Positions 35,224-44,044 of a DNA stretch of 51,103 nucleotides are shown one piece after another (the first letter of the stretch is position 1; every line of letters starts with the position of its first letter). Under the pieces are notes generated by a model. It did not search any database. It was given only the letters and a program-made list of their open reading frames with translations, and was not told the origin of the DNA. The DNA is taken from IMG/VR virus record IMGVR_UViG_3300045988_112499. One strand, written 5' to 3'. The position numbers were made by a program, and so were the translations under genes. This DNA comes from a virus.

Positions 35224-36387
35224 TTAAAGTGAAAAGTATTTTCTTAACATAATATCATCTACAATATTTAATCGTGCGGCCGGAATCGCTTCTTTCTGAT
35301 AACCAACTTTTAAGATTCCTTTATGACAAACATTTCCATAAGCAACAAGGCTATTTTTTTGACAATCGGTTAAAGGAATATCTTTTCGGTTGAATATGCT
35401 TTCGTCATAACCCGAATAAAGAATCCAATTCCCGTGTATTTTCACCCACCCGTGTTCTTCCAACCAACGATCCGGGTTTTCTCCAATATCGGTTCCTTTT
35501 TCGACTTTGTATTTTTCCCGAATGGCATCAGCAAGATTCATGTGTAGCATGTTGGAAATTTCCCCATTTAGCCCGTAGAAGAAACCGTTTGGATCAAGCC
35601 ACCCGGCCGAATAATTCAGTTTTATATCTGAAGGTTGAATGATGTTTCTTAGTTCTTTTTCAATATCTTGGGCGGCTTCAATGTGTTTTTTTATCTCTTC
35701 GTCTTCTTCTCTTATAGTTGCTTCAATCAATTCGTAATCGTATTCAATCAAAGCTTTTAACTTCATTTCTATTCGGTTTATAATTGGGTAACGTGTCCCA
35801 GGAACACACCCATTGAAAGGATTGATTTGTTGGGGATAAGTATGTTCAAGAAAGTCGAAGACGTTGAAAAGTTTATAAGTCTTCCGCAAATAAGCATCGG
35901 ACAATTTGAACATGCGCCGCATATTTTCAACCCTTGGGTCACTATCAATAATATCTTCAATCTCTGTAATATCGTTCTTAATAATGAACTTTCCAAGTGC
36001 TTGATAATTGAATTCAAAGTCAAAAGAACCTCTATGTATGGAAATGCTACGTTGTAATTCTTCAAGTCCTAAGCGAATACGATCTCCGCTTCGTCTTATC
36101 TCTTTATGTTGGAATAAGTACCAATCAACAAAATCGGGCTTTGGGTAGTCAGAATGTTTGTTTTCATCACGGGAAACTACATTTACGTTCACTCCGTCGT
36201 CTTCTACTTCGATAACAAGTTCACCACTCAACAACTTAATTGCCATTTCAACCGGAAGATCATTTAAAGACATTGTAAATGTTTCGATAGCCTTTTTAGG
36301 ATCAAGGTTACACAAAAGGTGTTCTTGTGCTATTTGTGCCAACAATTTTCCTGCGCTTTTATCAAGGGTAAAATGAAGATTTGCCAT
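35224..36387 (-). CDS. Hypothetical protein (387 aa)
   Basis: Long ORF with no recognised motif. Confidence 0.55.
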   Translation of the reverse strand: MANLHFTLDKSAGKLLAQIAQEHLLCNLDPKKAIETFTMSLNDLPVEMAIKLLSGELVIEVEDDGVNVNVVSRDENKHSDYPKPDFVDWYLFQHKEIRRSGDRIRLGLEELQRSISIHRGSFDFEFNYQALGKFIIKNDITEIEDIIDSDPRVENMRRMFKLSDAYLRKTYKLFNVFDFLEHTYPQQINPFNGCVPGTRYPIINRIEMKLKALIEYDYELIEATIREEDEEIKKHIEAAQDIEKELRNIIQPSDIKLNYSAGWLDPNGFFYGLNGEISNMLHMNLADAIREKYKVEKGTDIGENPDRWLEEHGWVKIHGNWILYSGYDESIFNRKDIPLTDCQKNSLVAYGNVCHKGILKVGYQKEAIPAARLNIVDDIMLRKYFSL

Positions 36388-36407
36388 AATTGTTTCAATC
36401 TTAATTA

Positions 36408-36872
36408 TTAATATTTGAATTCTGTAAAATGAACAATTGCCATTGTTTGCGAATTGTCATAAGGAAGGAACCATTCTTTGAAGACATCGAAGGGAAATCC
36501 GTCGTTTTGGGCTGCTTCACTCAACTTCGACATTTTGAATCTTTGTGATTCATTGTCCCAAACTTGGCAAACATCTTCTTTCCATGATTCGGCATCACCA
36601 ATGATCAATGGTTGAATACTGATCTTGTCAAATCGGGCAATCTCAATTTGCTTTGATCGGTACGGCATACCTTCCCATTGTCTGGTCGAAAGGTAAGCTT
36701 TGCCGGAATTGATCAATTCGGCCTTCTTTTGCCACCAAGCAAGATTGGCACGGATTGTATGTTTCTTTTCACCGGAAGACAACTTTTTAGCAAAGTTTGT
36801 CGGTTCCCCGGCGTTTGACATTCTTTTTGGAAATGCTTTTGAAAGCATCAAAACAACTTTTTTCTTTTCCAT
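36408..36872 (-). CDS. Hypothetical protein (possible ASCH/PUA-like)
   Basis: Start set to the ATG at 36872 (MEKKKVV...); KKHTIRAN resembles ASCH-type proteins (weak). Confidence 0.4.
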   Translation of the reverse strand: MEKKKVVLMLSKAFPKRMSNAGEPTNFAKKLSSGEKKHTIRANLAWWQKKAELINSGKAYLSTRQWEGMPYRSKQIEIARFDKISIQPLIIGDAESWKEDVCQVWDNESQRFKMSKLSEAAQNDGFPFDVFKEWFLPYDNSQTMAIVHFTEFKY

Positions 36873-36887
36873 GATTTTAAGTGGTTG

Positions 36888-36903
36888 TATGCAATTGCAT
36901 TGC
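36888..36903 (-). repeat. TGCAATGCA motif, variant B copy
   Basis: Reverse complement of 48053-48068; just upstream of the ATG at 36872. Confidence 0.7.
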
Positions 36904-36910
36904 AAATGAT

Positions 36911-37174
36911 TTACTTTTGATTTACTTTTGCTTGTTTCCCGAAAATATCGTTGTCTATTACCTTGTATCCTTTTTCTTCAAGGAACCGATCAACGACCGG
37001 GACATTTAGGCGGGTTTCTCCGTTATGCTTGAACCAACCCGGAAGTCCTTTCACGTCGGCCCAAAATTTGAAAGATTGAGAATTGGCGACTTGCTGCTTG
37101 AACCCGTAGAACTCGACAAAGCCGAAGTCACGGCGTTCACCTTTCGGATTTATCAAAGTGATCGGTTGTGCCAT
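36911..37174 (-). CDS. Hypothetical protein
   Basis: 87-aa ORF. Confidence 0.45.
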   Translation of the reverse strand: MAQPITLINPKGERRDFGFVEFYGFKQQVANSQSFKFWADVKGLPGWFKHNGETRLNVPVVDRFLEEKGYKVIDNDIFGKQAKVNQK

Positions 37175-37395
37175 TATCGCAAACTTTCAATTCTATTGCG
37201 GAATCGGGCCGCATATTCTTCGTTTTTGTTTTCCGGGGAAACAAGGATCACCGTATTAGCGTCGATTCTCAAACAAACTTTTCCTTTATCCCGTTTTCTC
37301 AATTCTTCCAAGTCAATTGATCCATTCTTGGAAATATCGGCCTTTTGGGGCCGTTTCTGACCTTCGGCGGTCAAACCTTCATTTTTTCTTGGCAT
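37174..37395 (-). CDS. Hypothetical basic protein
   Basis: 73-aa ORF; its start codon abuts palindrome copy 8. Confidence 0.4.
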   Translation of the reverse strand: MPRKNEGLTAEGQKRPQKADISKNGSIDLEELRKRDKGKVCLRIDANTVILVSPENKNEEYAARFRNRIESLR

Positions 37396-37412
37396 ATATT
37401 ACTGTGATATAG
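37394..37412. promoter_or_regulatory. Dispersed palindrome copy 8: A TATATTA CTG TGATATA G
   Basis: Spans the stop codon of 37399..38004 and touches the ATG at 37395. Confidence 0.7.
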
Positions 37413-38004
37413 GTTGTTTTAAAATTTTGTTTATACGAATTGCGATTGCCCGAAATGTTGGGTTGTATTTTACTTCATCGTCGTACTTGTTCAGATAATG
37501 AAGCATTGTTGTATGATCCCGGTGAATATACCGGGCAATTTCTTTCAACTTCATTCCGGTCTTTCGACAATGATAAGTGAATATCATGCGAGCGAAGAAG
37601 GAATCACGACACCGGACTTCGGTTGTGTATTCTTCAAATTTCAATCCCATGACTTCTTGTATCGCCCCTTTGATTTTAAAAATTGTTATTGCAAGATATT
37701 TTTCGGATTCTTCTTTTGTTTGGAACAAAACTTTCATCCCTCTAACATCGGCAATGTGCTTTTCGATCATTGCCCCTTTGCTTTCGATCCAATTATCAAG
37801 CATATAAATTGAATCACATTCAAAAAGCAATTTCAGATCAAACAACATGTGTGATTCCCAAGGAGCATCGACACCCAAACGAAGTTCAAACGGGTTGACA
37901 ACATCATGTCCAAGACCTTGCAAGTATGATTCCGCTTGCTTGAATTTCTTCTTTGCTTCTTCTGAAGGAAGGCCGGAAATTTTGCCCGAAATATAAGTCT
38001 TCAT
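37399..38004 (-). CDS. Fusion of a DUF4406/nucleoside 2-deoxyribosyltransferase-like domain with a DnaA C-terminal (domain IV) HTH
   Basis: N-terminus MKTYISGKISGLP...; C-terminus ARMIFTYHCRKTGMKLKEIARYIHRDHTTMLHYLNKY resembles DnaA domain IV. Confidence 0.55.
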   Translation of the reverse strand: MKTYISGKISGLPSEEAKKKFKQAESYLQGLGHDVVNPFELRLGVDAPWESHMLFDLKLLFECDSIYMLDNWIESKGAMIEKHIADVRGMKVLFQTKEESEKYLAITIFKIKGAIQEVMGLKFEEYTTEVRCRDSFFARMIFTYHCRKTGMKLKEIARYIHRDHTTMLHYLNKYDDEVKYNPTFRAIAIRINKILKQPISQ

Positions 38005-38014
38005 AATTGTTATT

Positions 38015-38749
38015 TTATTTATTATCAATTGAATATGTTTTTCGGCGGTCTTTGCCTTTTATCTCAAAGTAATTGCACATTTCATTCAAGCGGCTTGCAA
38101 CTCGATCCCCGTATCGGTCGATCAATACTTTATGGCTCATGGGAAGGTTAGACGTTATAAGGGTTATTTTATCGGTGAAATCCCCCCTATATTCAAGCAA
38201 TTGTTGTATAACCCCCATGCGATTACCCATGTACAGGCTTTCAATCGGTTCAGAACTTGAACCCAAGTCTTGAATTCCAAGAATAGCCCTTTTTTTATAT
38301 TTGTCAATGGACCCTTTTTCGGTAAATTCTTCGCAAATTGTATCGGAACGAAAACAGGGCCAACGAAGGCAAAATTGTTCATTACCGATTGTCACTTGTA
38401 CATTGTCAATATCGCAATACGCCGACATTATTTCCAAAGCCCAAGACTTACCGCTTCCGGTGTTTCCTGCAATGTATATTCCGGCGGTCAATCTTCCGGG
38501 AATTATCTCTTTTGTCGCCGGATCAACACATTTAAAGTCTTGATCCCCGTGAATCCAACGGATCAAATTTTCATATACAAATCGGTTTTCGTTGTCAATA
38601 CAGAACTTCGGGTTTCGGTCTTTTCCGATTGCTTCAACAACTTGCATTGCAAAAGGCAATTGGTAAGGCAAATATGAATTGCGTCTAATTGTATGAAAGA
38701 AACCTTTATTTCTTATATTCCCGATAATGCTTCCTATTGGTCTTTCCAT
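38015..38749 (-). CDS. P-loop ATPase, DnaC/IstB-like helicase loader candidate
   Basis: Walker A GNTGSGKS; follows the replication organiser gene. Confidence 0.6.
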   Translation of the reverse strand: MERPIGSIIGNIRNKGFFHTIRRNSYLPYQLPFAMQVVEAIGKDRNPKFCIDNENRFVYENLIRWIHGDQDFKCVDPATKEIIPGRLTAGIYIAGNTGSGKSWALEIMSAYCDIDNVQVTIGNEQFCLRWPCFRSDTICEEFTEKGSIDKYKKRAILGIQDLGSSSEPIESLYMGNRMGVIQQLLEYRGDFTDKITLITSNLPMSHKVLIDRYGDRVASRLNEMCNYFEIKGKDRRKTYSIDNK

Positions 38750-39528
38750 ATATCATTCACTTGTTGATCATTACTTGTTGGACCGGGTTTCACGTTCTTG
38801 TTATCATAATTTCCTTCAAGGACCTTGACCCAATTCTTTTCATTTGCAAATAACCAATCGAAAGTTGCCTTCCAACCTCTTTGATTGTCGCCCCGGCAAA
38901 ACTTTGAAGCTTCCATTTTGACGAAGACTTCCTTCAGCGTTTCAAGGCTTCCTTGCATTTCTTCAAGACGAATCCGAATTTTATTTTTCCGGGCATCTGA
39001 TAGTTTGACTATTGCCGAATAAGACGGGCAATGTGTTTGATATAATTCAACCACCGCTTTGAAATCAACGTCGTTCCCCTTTTTCTTCCCGTTTCCGACG
39101 ATTTCTTCGCTTTGCTGACTACTTGGTTGATCGGGCGTTGAATCTTCGGGAACGGGGCTTTCTTGGGGTTCTTCGGTTTGTTCTTCTAAACGCCAACGGC
39201 TTTGCGCTGCTTGTCTGCGCTTGTCTGCGATATTTGCCCTTTTCTTTAGTCTTTTATTGACTGATTCGGACCAATAAAATTGCCCGTCATTCTTGAATAA
39301 ACCGAATTCAAACACGACATCTTTTATCATTTTGGCATCACCATGTAATTGATATGCGAGCGCACCAACCTTTGACACCTCTAACATTCCGTTTTGCTCG
39401 TATAAATTTTCAATGATGCACCAATAGGCCCCCAACCCTTCAAGACCGTATTTTTGTTGCACTGCAACCAATTTAGGATCATTTCGGGCGTTGAAATCAT
39501 GCGAGAAAAAATAGGTTTCTTTTGCCAT
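38734..39528 (-). CDS. Replication organiser (DUF4373 / Lin1244-like N-terminal domain)
   Basis: MAKETYFFSHDFNARNDPKL...; start set to the ATG at 39528. Confidence 0.6.
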   Translation of the reverse strand: MAKETYFFSHDFNARNDPKLVAVQQKYGLEGLGAYWCIIENLYEQNGMLEVSKVGALAYQLHGDAKMIKDVVFEFGLFKNDGQFYWSESVNKRLKKRANIADKRRQAAQSRWRLEEQTEEPQESPVPEDSTPDQPSSQQSEEIVGNGKKKGNDVDFKAVVELYQTHCPSYSAIVKLSDARKNKIRIRLEEMQGSLETLKEVFVKMEASKFCRGDNQRGWKATFDWLFANEKNWVKVLEGNYDNKNVKPGPTSNDQQVNDIWKDQ

Positions 39529-39603
39529 TGTCAATTCATTTAAAAAGTTCTGTAATTTTATCCCCCGATCCGGTAAAAGACTGGGGGAAAGGAAAAGCAA
39601 TGA

Positions 39604-40350
39604 TTATTGTTCAATGATTGCGATTTCCGGCGCAATTTCCCGGATTGCGTCAAGTTGTTCGTCGATCACTTTATCCCGAAGGTCTTCCAAGGCTTGACAT
39701 GCACCCGGTGACATAAGATACAACTTCACGCTTCTTCCATTGATTGAAGCATAGAATTCAACTTCAAGGTCTTCGGCCGGACGTCCTTTGAAAAGTGGAA
39801 TTCTCAATTTGAAAGCACCCGGCAAATTGGAAGTAACAACGCCGGAATAATTATCGGCAAAGCTTCCGTTATCCGCTTTTTGCTTTTCAATTGTAGTGTT
39901 GACTTTTGCTTCAAAGTTCTTTAAATCGGTGACAAGTTTCATGTTTTCCGATTTGTCCGGGAAGAAGGCACGATTCATTTTAAAGAATTGTCCAAGTTCG
40001 TTCGGGTCCCAAGCACAAGCATTGTCATTGATCCCAAATTCTTTGAATTTCGGGTGTTTCTGAAGTGTTCCAAGAACTTTGCCTTCTTTGTATTGATCAT
40101 TTTCACAGATCACTAACTTGATTGTCAGATTTTCACGGTTTACGAGCACATGACAACGCTTTTGGTTGATTTGATCTTCTTCGGACAATCTCTTTGTCAA
40201 GAATTCAAGTGGTGCGCCAATAGTCCCGGATAAATCAACTCTGATTGGGGCCTTTACTTCCAATTCGTTTACTTCACTAACTTCACGAACAACTAATTCG
40301 GCTTTTGTAACTCCTTGACCTAAAACAACTTGTAATTTTTCATTTTCCAT
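39604..40350 (-). CDS. Hypothetical protein (248 aa)
   Basis: Long ORF in the early block. Confidence 0.5.
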   Translation of the reverse strand: MENEKLQVVLGQGVTKAELVVREVSEVNELEVKAPIRVDLSGTIGAPLEFLTKRLSEEDQINQKRCHVLVNRENLTIKLVICENDQYKEGKVLGTLQKHPKFKEFGINDNACAWDPNELGQFFKMNRAFFPDKSENMKLVTDLKNFEAKVNTTIEKQKADNGSFADNYSGVVTSNLPGAFKLRIPLFKGRPAEDLEVEFYASINGRSVKLYLMSPGACQALEDLRDKVIDEQLDAIREIAPEIAIIEQ

Positions 40351-40361
40351 GACTTAAAAAT

Positions 40362-40655
40362 TTAATCGTTAATAACTTGAATTTCATTTACTTGCCCCTT
40401 GAAAGCCTTGCAAGGCTTGAAATGCGGAACAATTGTTTCGGGAACCACAACCGAAGTTCCGGCCGTGATATTCCGTGCAACTTTCGCTTGTCGTCGCTTT
40501 GGGGAAAGGGTTCCAAAACCACGAATGAAAATTGAATCACCATTTGCGATTGTTTCTTTCGCAACATCAAACGCCGTATTGATCGCATGTTCAACGTCGA
40601 TCTTGTTGATTTCAGCACGTTCGGCAATTGTGTTGATAAGTTCTTGCTTTGTCAT
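40362..40655 (-). CDS. HU/IHF-family DNA-binding protein
   Basis: MTKQELI...FIRGFGTL...R.ARN..TG...VP....P.FKP pattern. Confidence 0.85.
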   Translation of the reverse strand: MTKQELINTIAERAEINKIDVEHAINTAFDVAKETIANGDSIFIRGFGTLSPKRRQAKVARNITAGTSVVVPETIVPHFKPCKAFKGQVNEIQVIND

Positions 40656-40668
40656 AATTATATGATTT

Positions 40669-41097
40669 TTAATCGTTTGTCCCCGTTCTATTCATTTGAA
40701 AGATTGTTGTTTGAAGTTCATCCGGGAAAGCCGGGCGGGATTCCACAAGATCACCTTGTTCGTCGTAGAAACCAACCATTCGTTCTTCGTTATCGACAAA
40801 CTTGAAAAGTCTACCGGAAACGACTTGACCTTTCTTCTTGATACACTTCAAAAGTTGCTTTCCTTCTTTGGCTAAAGGGTCAATCTTGTCCTTGTATTCC
40901 TTCATTTTAGCCTTCTTTTCTTCGTCAAGGTCTGCAACTTCAACGTCAACATCAATCTTTCGATCTTTCTTTTCCTTCAGTTCTTGCGGGGTGAATCGTT
41001 TGAAATACTCTTTGTTTTCAACACTGTCCGCATTGTCTTCTAAGAAGGCAATTCTTTCTTCATCGGTTTCGTACTCTTTACCGTATTCCTTTTTCAT
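40669..41097 (-). CDS. Hypothetical acidic protein
   Basis: 142-aa ORF. Confidence 0.5.
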   Translation of the reverse strand: MKKEYGKEYETDEERIAFLEDNADSVENKEYFKRFTPQELKEKKDRKIDVDVEVADLDEEKKAKMKEYKDKIDPLAKEGKQLLKCIKKKGQVVSGRLFKFVDNEERMVGFYDEQGDLVESRPAFPDELQTTIFQMNRTGTND

Positions 41098-41098
41098 T

Positions 41099-41482
41099 TT
41101 ATTTGATTATTAAGTGAAACATGTCAATGTGAAAATGGTATTTGTTCAACAGAATGAACGCTAAGATCAGTAATGTGACAATACTGTCAACATAACGCCA
41201 CCAAAGCCAACGTTTTGGGATAAATGCAAGAAGAATGATCAAAGCAAATAAAACCCATTGTGAAGACATCAACCCGACAAGGCAATAGATCAAATAAATG
41301 ATCCCAATTGATTGATACAAAGTCATGCTTGCGCCGATTTCATCAAAGGACAATTTACCTTTTTTCTCCTTGTTCAACTTCTTTAATCTCTTGACGGCTG
41401 AATGAATGTTCTTTTGTGAGAACAAGACGATCAGTTCGACGAAGATGAAGAAGGCAATCAAAATATAAAATACATGTGTCAT
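41099..41482 (-). CDS. Membrane protein (about 4 TM)
   Basis: Hydrophobic helices throughout. Confidence 0.5.
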   Translation of the reverse strand: MTHVFYILIAFFIFVELIVLFSQKNIHSAVKRLKKLNKEKKGKLSFDEIGASMTLYQSIGIIYLIYCLVGLMSSQWVLFALIILLAFIPKRWLWWRYVDSIVTLLILAFILLNKYHFHIDMFHLIIK

Positions 41483-41493
41483 TGTCTTCGGTT

Positions 41494-41982
41494 TTAGGCG
41501 TTCAACAATAAAGAATCATTAAAAAGGTCGGTGAATGTCTGGCCGAAGTAGATTGCGAGTTCTCGATTTTTTAAGCAAAGCCGAGAACCGACAGACGCAG
41601 CCGCATGCGACGCCGTAGCATTCGTACTCGAGCAGCCGACACCCGCAGGGTTGGACATGTCGAACCAAGGATAATACTTGTATTCGTCGGAATCTTGCCA
41701 ATTGGGTTTCCAACCTTCGTTCAATGCTTCGGCAATGACGATCAACTTATAATTGGCAATGATTGCCTTTTGGTGTTTACGGGGCAAGCCTTTCACTTCG
41801 GGAACATTTGTTGAAATACCCAAAACTTGACAAGCGTCTTCAAATGATTTCACCCGGTCGGTGATGTTGTCGTATAATGCGACTTGTTTTCCGAATAGAT
41901 CGGATAAAACTTGTTTGCCTTCTTTTCCGGCATTGCGGAAAGCAACTAAAAGCGAATCTTGTTTAATTTGTAAAGTTCTCAT
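41494..41982 (-). CDS. DGR target protein 2 (small, remote)
   Basis: Contains VR2 in frame (PAGVGCSSTNATASHAAASVGSRLCL); ATG at 41982 (the track start is TTG). Confidence 0.8.
   Translation of the reverse strand: MRTLQIKQDSLLVAFRNAGKEGKQVLSDLFGKQVALYDNITDRVKSFEDACQVLGISTNVPEVKGLPRKHQKAIIANYKLIVIAEALNEGWKPNWQDSDEYKYYPWFDMSNPAGVGCSSTNATASHAAASVGSRLCLKNRELAIYFGQTFTDLFNDSLLLNA
41572..41649 (-). repeat. DGR variable repeat 2 (VR2)
   Basis: 78-bp ungapped match to TR 3893-3970 with 17 mismatches, all at TR plus-strand T (minus-strand A) positions. Confidence 0.9.
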
Positions 41983-41984
41983 TT

Positions 41985-42725
41985 TCAAAATGGTGTTTTA
42001 TTAAAATTTAAAATCATTCCTTTCTCTGCAATGTGAACCGTTTTTCCGGTTGCTTGGTGAATACCTTCACGGAATTCGACCGCATTGCTATTCCCGTCGG
42101 ATAAATGAATCAAAACGATATTGTTGACGGCTTTCAAATCGTTAGAAAGAAGGGCGTCCCGGCATGTGTCAAAAGACATGTGACTTTGCAATGTCCTATC
42201 CCGTAACGCTTTGGGGATTCTCCCTTCCGCAATGTTCCTTTCAAGAATGTCAAGGCGGTAATTGGCTTCAATCAACACGTTTGACAAGTTTTGAAATCGG
42301 TTCGGCAAATAATACGTATCCGTTGCGAATAGCACATTTCCCGTTTCTTCATGTTGGATCAGATAACCGAACGGTTCGGCGCAATCATGCTTTGTATGAA
42401 ATGGCAATACTTTGAAACGTCCGATCATATACACTTTCCCGGCTTCCAACGGGTGCGGTTCGTGATAACCTTGCCCGTTCATTGCTTGGATTGTTCCGGC
42501 TGAAGCATATACCGGAACGGACGTTTTCAATACTTCGTTGATCGCTTTACAATGATCCTTGTGTTCATGGGTGATCAGACACCCGGCGACTTTTTGTAAG
42601 TTAAAGTCGATTGCTTTCTTTACTTCAATGAAGGAAATGCCACATTCAAGAATAAGGGCTTCCGTTTCGTTTTCAAGGACATAGCAATTTCCCTTTGAAG
42701 AAGAACCAAGAATCTTCAGTTTCAT
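41985..42725 (-). CDS. Metallo-beta-lactamase-fold hydrolase/nuclease
   Basis: ITHEHKDH = HxHxDH motif. Confidence 0.8.
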   Translation of the reverse strand: MKLKILGSSSKGNCYVLENETEALILECGISFIEVKKAIDFNLQKVAGCLITHEHKDHCKAINEVLKTSVPVYASAGTIQAMNGQGYHEPHPLEAGKVYMIGRFKVLPFHTKHDCAEPFGYLIQHEETGNVLFATDTYYLPNRFQNLSNVLIEANYRLDILERNIAEGRIPKALRDRTLQSHMSFDTCRDALLSNDLKAVNNIVLIHLSDGNSNAVEFREGIHQATGKTVHIAEKGMILNFNKTPF

Positions 42726-42727
42726 AA

Positions 42728-43621
42728 TTAAAAGCCGGGGCCGTTTGCTTTAGGCGCATTGTTGCCCGGTTGATTCTGATTGTTCCCTTGGTCCGTTGGC
42801 TGATCTTCCGGTTGTGCCGGATCGGTTGCGGTTGGTGCATCATCAATATTGATTGTGCCTTTGTTGGCATTTTCTGCCTTCTCCTTTTCAACGGTATCGG
42901 TGACGTCTATATATTCAGCGTCAACAATGTCGTGCATTTCTTCAACCGTTTTCATACCCATTGACAATTCGGGCGCATAAGCGTTGGTCCACATTGAAGC
43001 GGCACGATAAGTCAACATTTGCCGGGTCATGGTTTGCCATTTGGAACCATTTTTGGTGTACCAACCTTCTTGAACTGCAAGTTTTACGTCAACCGGGGTT
43101 GATTCAAGAATGTCGGTTGATCCTTTCTTTGTAGTGTACGCAATACATTGGATATTGTCAATTTGGGTTCCGTCGAATACTTCAACCTTGGCTTCATTGC
43201 GATAATACCCTTTGCCGCCATTTTGTCCGGGCGTCCAAATCTTGTTGTATGTGGTGTATTCCACTTTCCCAAGTCTTCCAAGATTGGTGAATTTGTACTG
43301 AAGTGGATTGAATCGTCCGCATGTGTTTACGGTTGCGATCAAGAATTTTGAGGACCAAGCCGGGCGGCCGTAGATTGGCGTCATGTTCTGCATGATCATA
43401 AGCGGATCGGCCCCAATACGCATTGCGATTGATATTGCTATCATACAATTTGCCGTAGCTTTGTCGATAGGGTTCTTATCACTCACTTTGTACATGTCCG
43501 GGACAAGTTCAGAGTTGGCGAACATCTTGCAAACACGTTGCATCGTTTCAAACTGTGTCGGATCGAAGAAGTTGAATGTCACAACGTTCGTTCCTTGATC
43601 CATTTTTTGAAGTTCATTCAT
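42728..43621 (-). CDS. recT: RecT-like single-strand annealing recombinase
   Basis: SKWQTMTRQMLTYRAASMW resembles the RecT family; neighbours are nuclease/ATPase/SSB genes. Confidence 0.6.
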   Translation of the reverse strand: MNELQKMDQGTNVVTFNFFDPTQFETMQRVCKMFANSELVPDMYKVSDKNPIDKATANCMIAISIAMRIGADPLMIMQNMTPIYGRPAWSSKFLIATVNTCGRFNPLQYKFTNLGRLGKVEYTTYNKIWTPGQNGGKGYYRNEAKVEVFDGTQIDNIQCIAYTTKKGSTDILESTPVDVKLAVQEGWYTKNGSKWQTMTRQMLTYRAASMWTNAYAPELSMGMKTVEEMHDIVDAEYIDVTDTVEKEKAENANKGTINIDDAPTATDPAQPEDQPTDQGNNQNQPGNNAPKANGPGF

Positions 43622-43634
43622 TGTTGCGGTAATT

Positions 43635-44036
43635 TTAAAGAGTTATTTTATAGAGTTTCAAACCTTGGTAGTCAACCGGGTCTTTGGAAACTGAAAAGAC
43701 TATCTTTTTGTCATTCAGATCAATGTTCATTGACTTTGCCATTCTTTCAAGCACTTTTTGTGCTCCGTTTATCCGCATTGATGTTGCGATTTTAGGATCG
43801 TTCAATCGACATGTATATCCTTTGTAATCGTTTGAAGGGGCCAAATACCAATTGTTTTCTATTTGGCTACATACAAGAAGGATTTTCGCTTCGGTCACTT
43901 TTTCACCGAATAACTTGTTTTTTAATTCGGTTGAAATGTAGGCGTTTCCATGTTTGAAGTTGATTGACAAGTGAAACCCTTTGCGCACTCGTTGCGGTTG
44001 TTCGGATTCTCCGAAAATTAGAATTTGATCTTCCAT
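43635..44036 (-). CDS. Hypothetical protein
   Basis: 133-aa ORF. Confidence 0.5.
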   Translation of the reverse strand: MEDQILIFGESEQPQRVRKGFHLSINFKHGNAYISTELKNKLFGEKVTEAKILLVCSQIENNWYLAPSNDYKGYTCRLNDPKIATSMRINGAQKVLERMAKSMNIDLNDKKIVFSVSKDPVDYQGLKLYKITL

Positions 44037-44044
44037 GATTTTAA

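Noticed and set aside
41519-41814. Track ORFs 41519..41713 (minus) and 41605..41814 (plus) over VR2
   Set aside because: These are off-frame or antisense readings of the VR2 region inside the better-supported 41494..41982 ORF.
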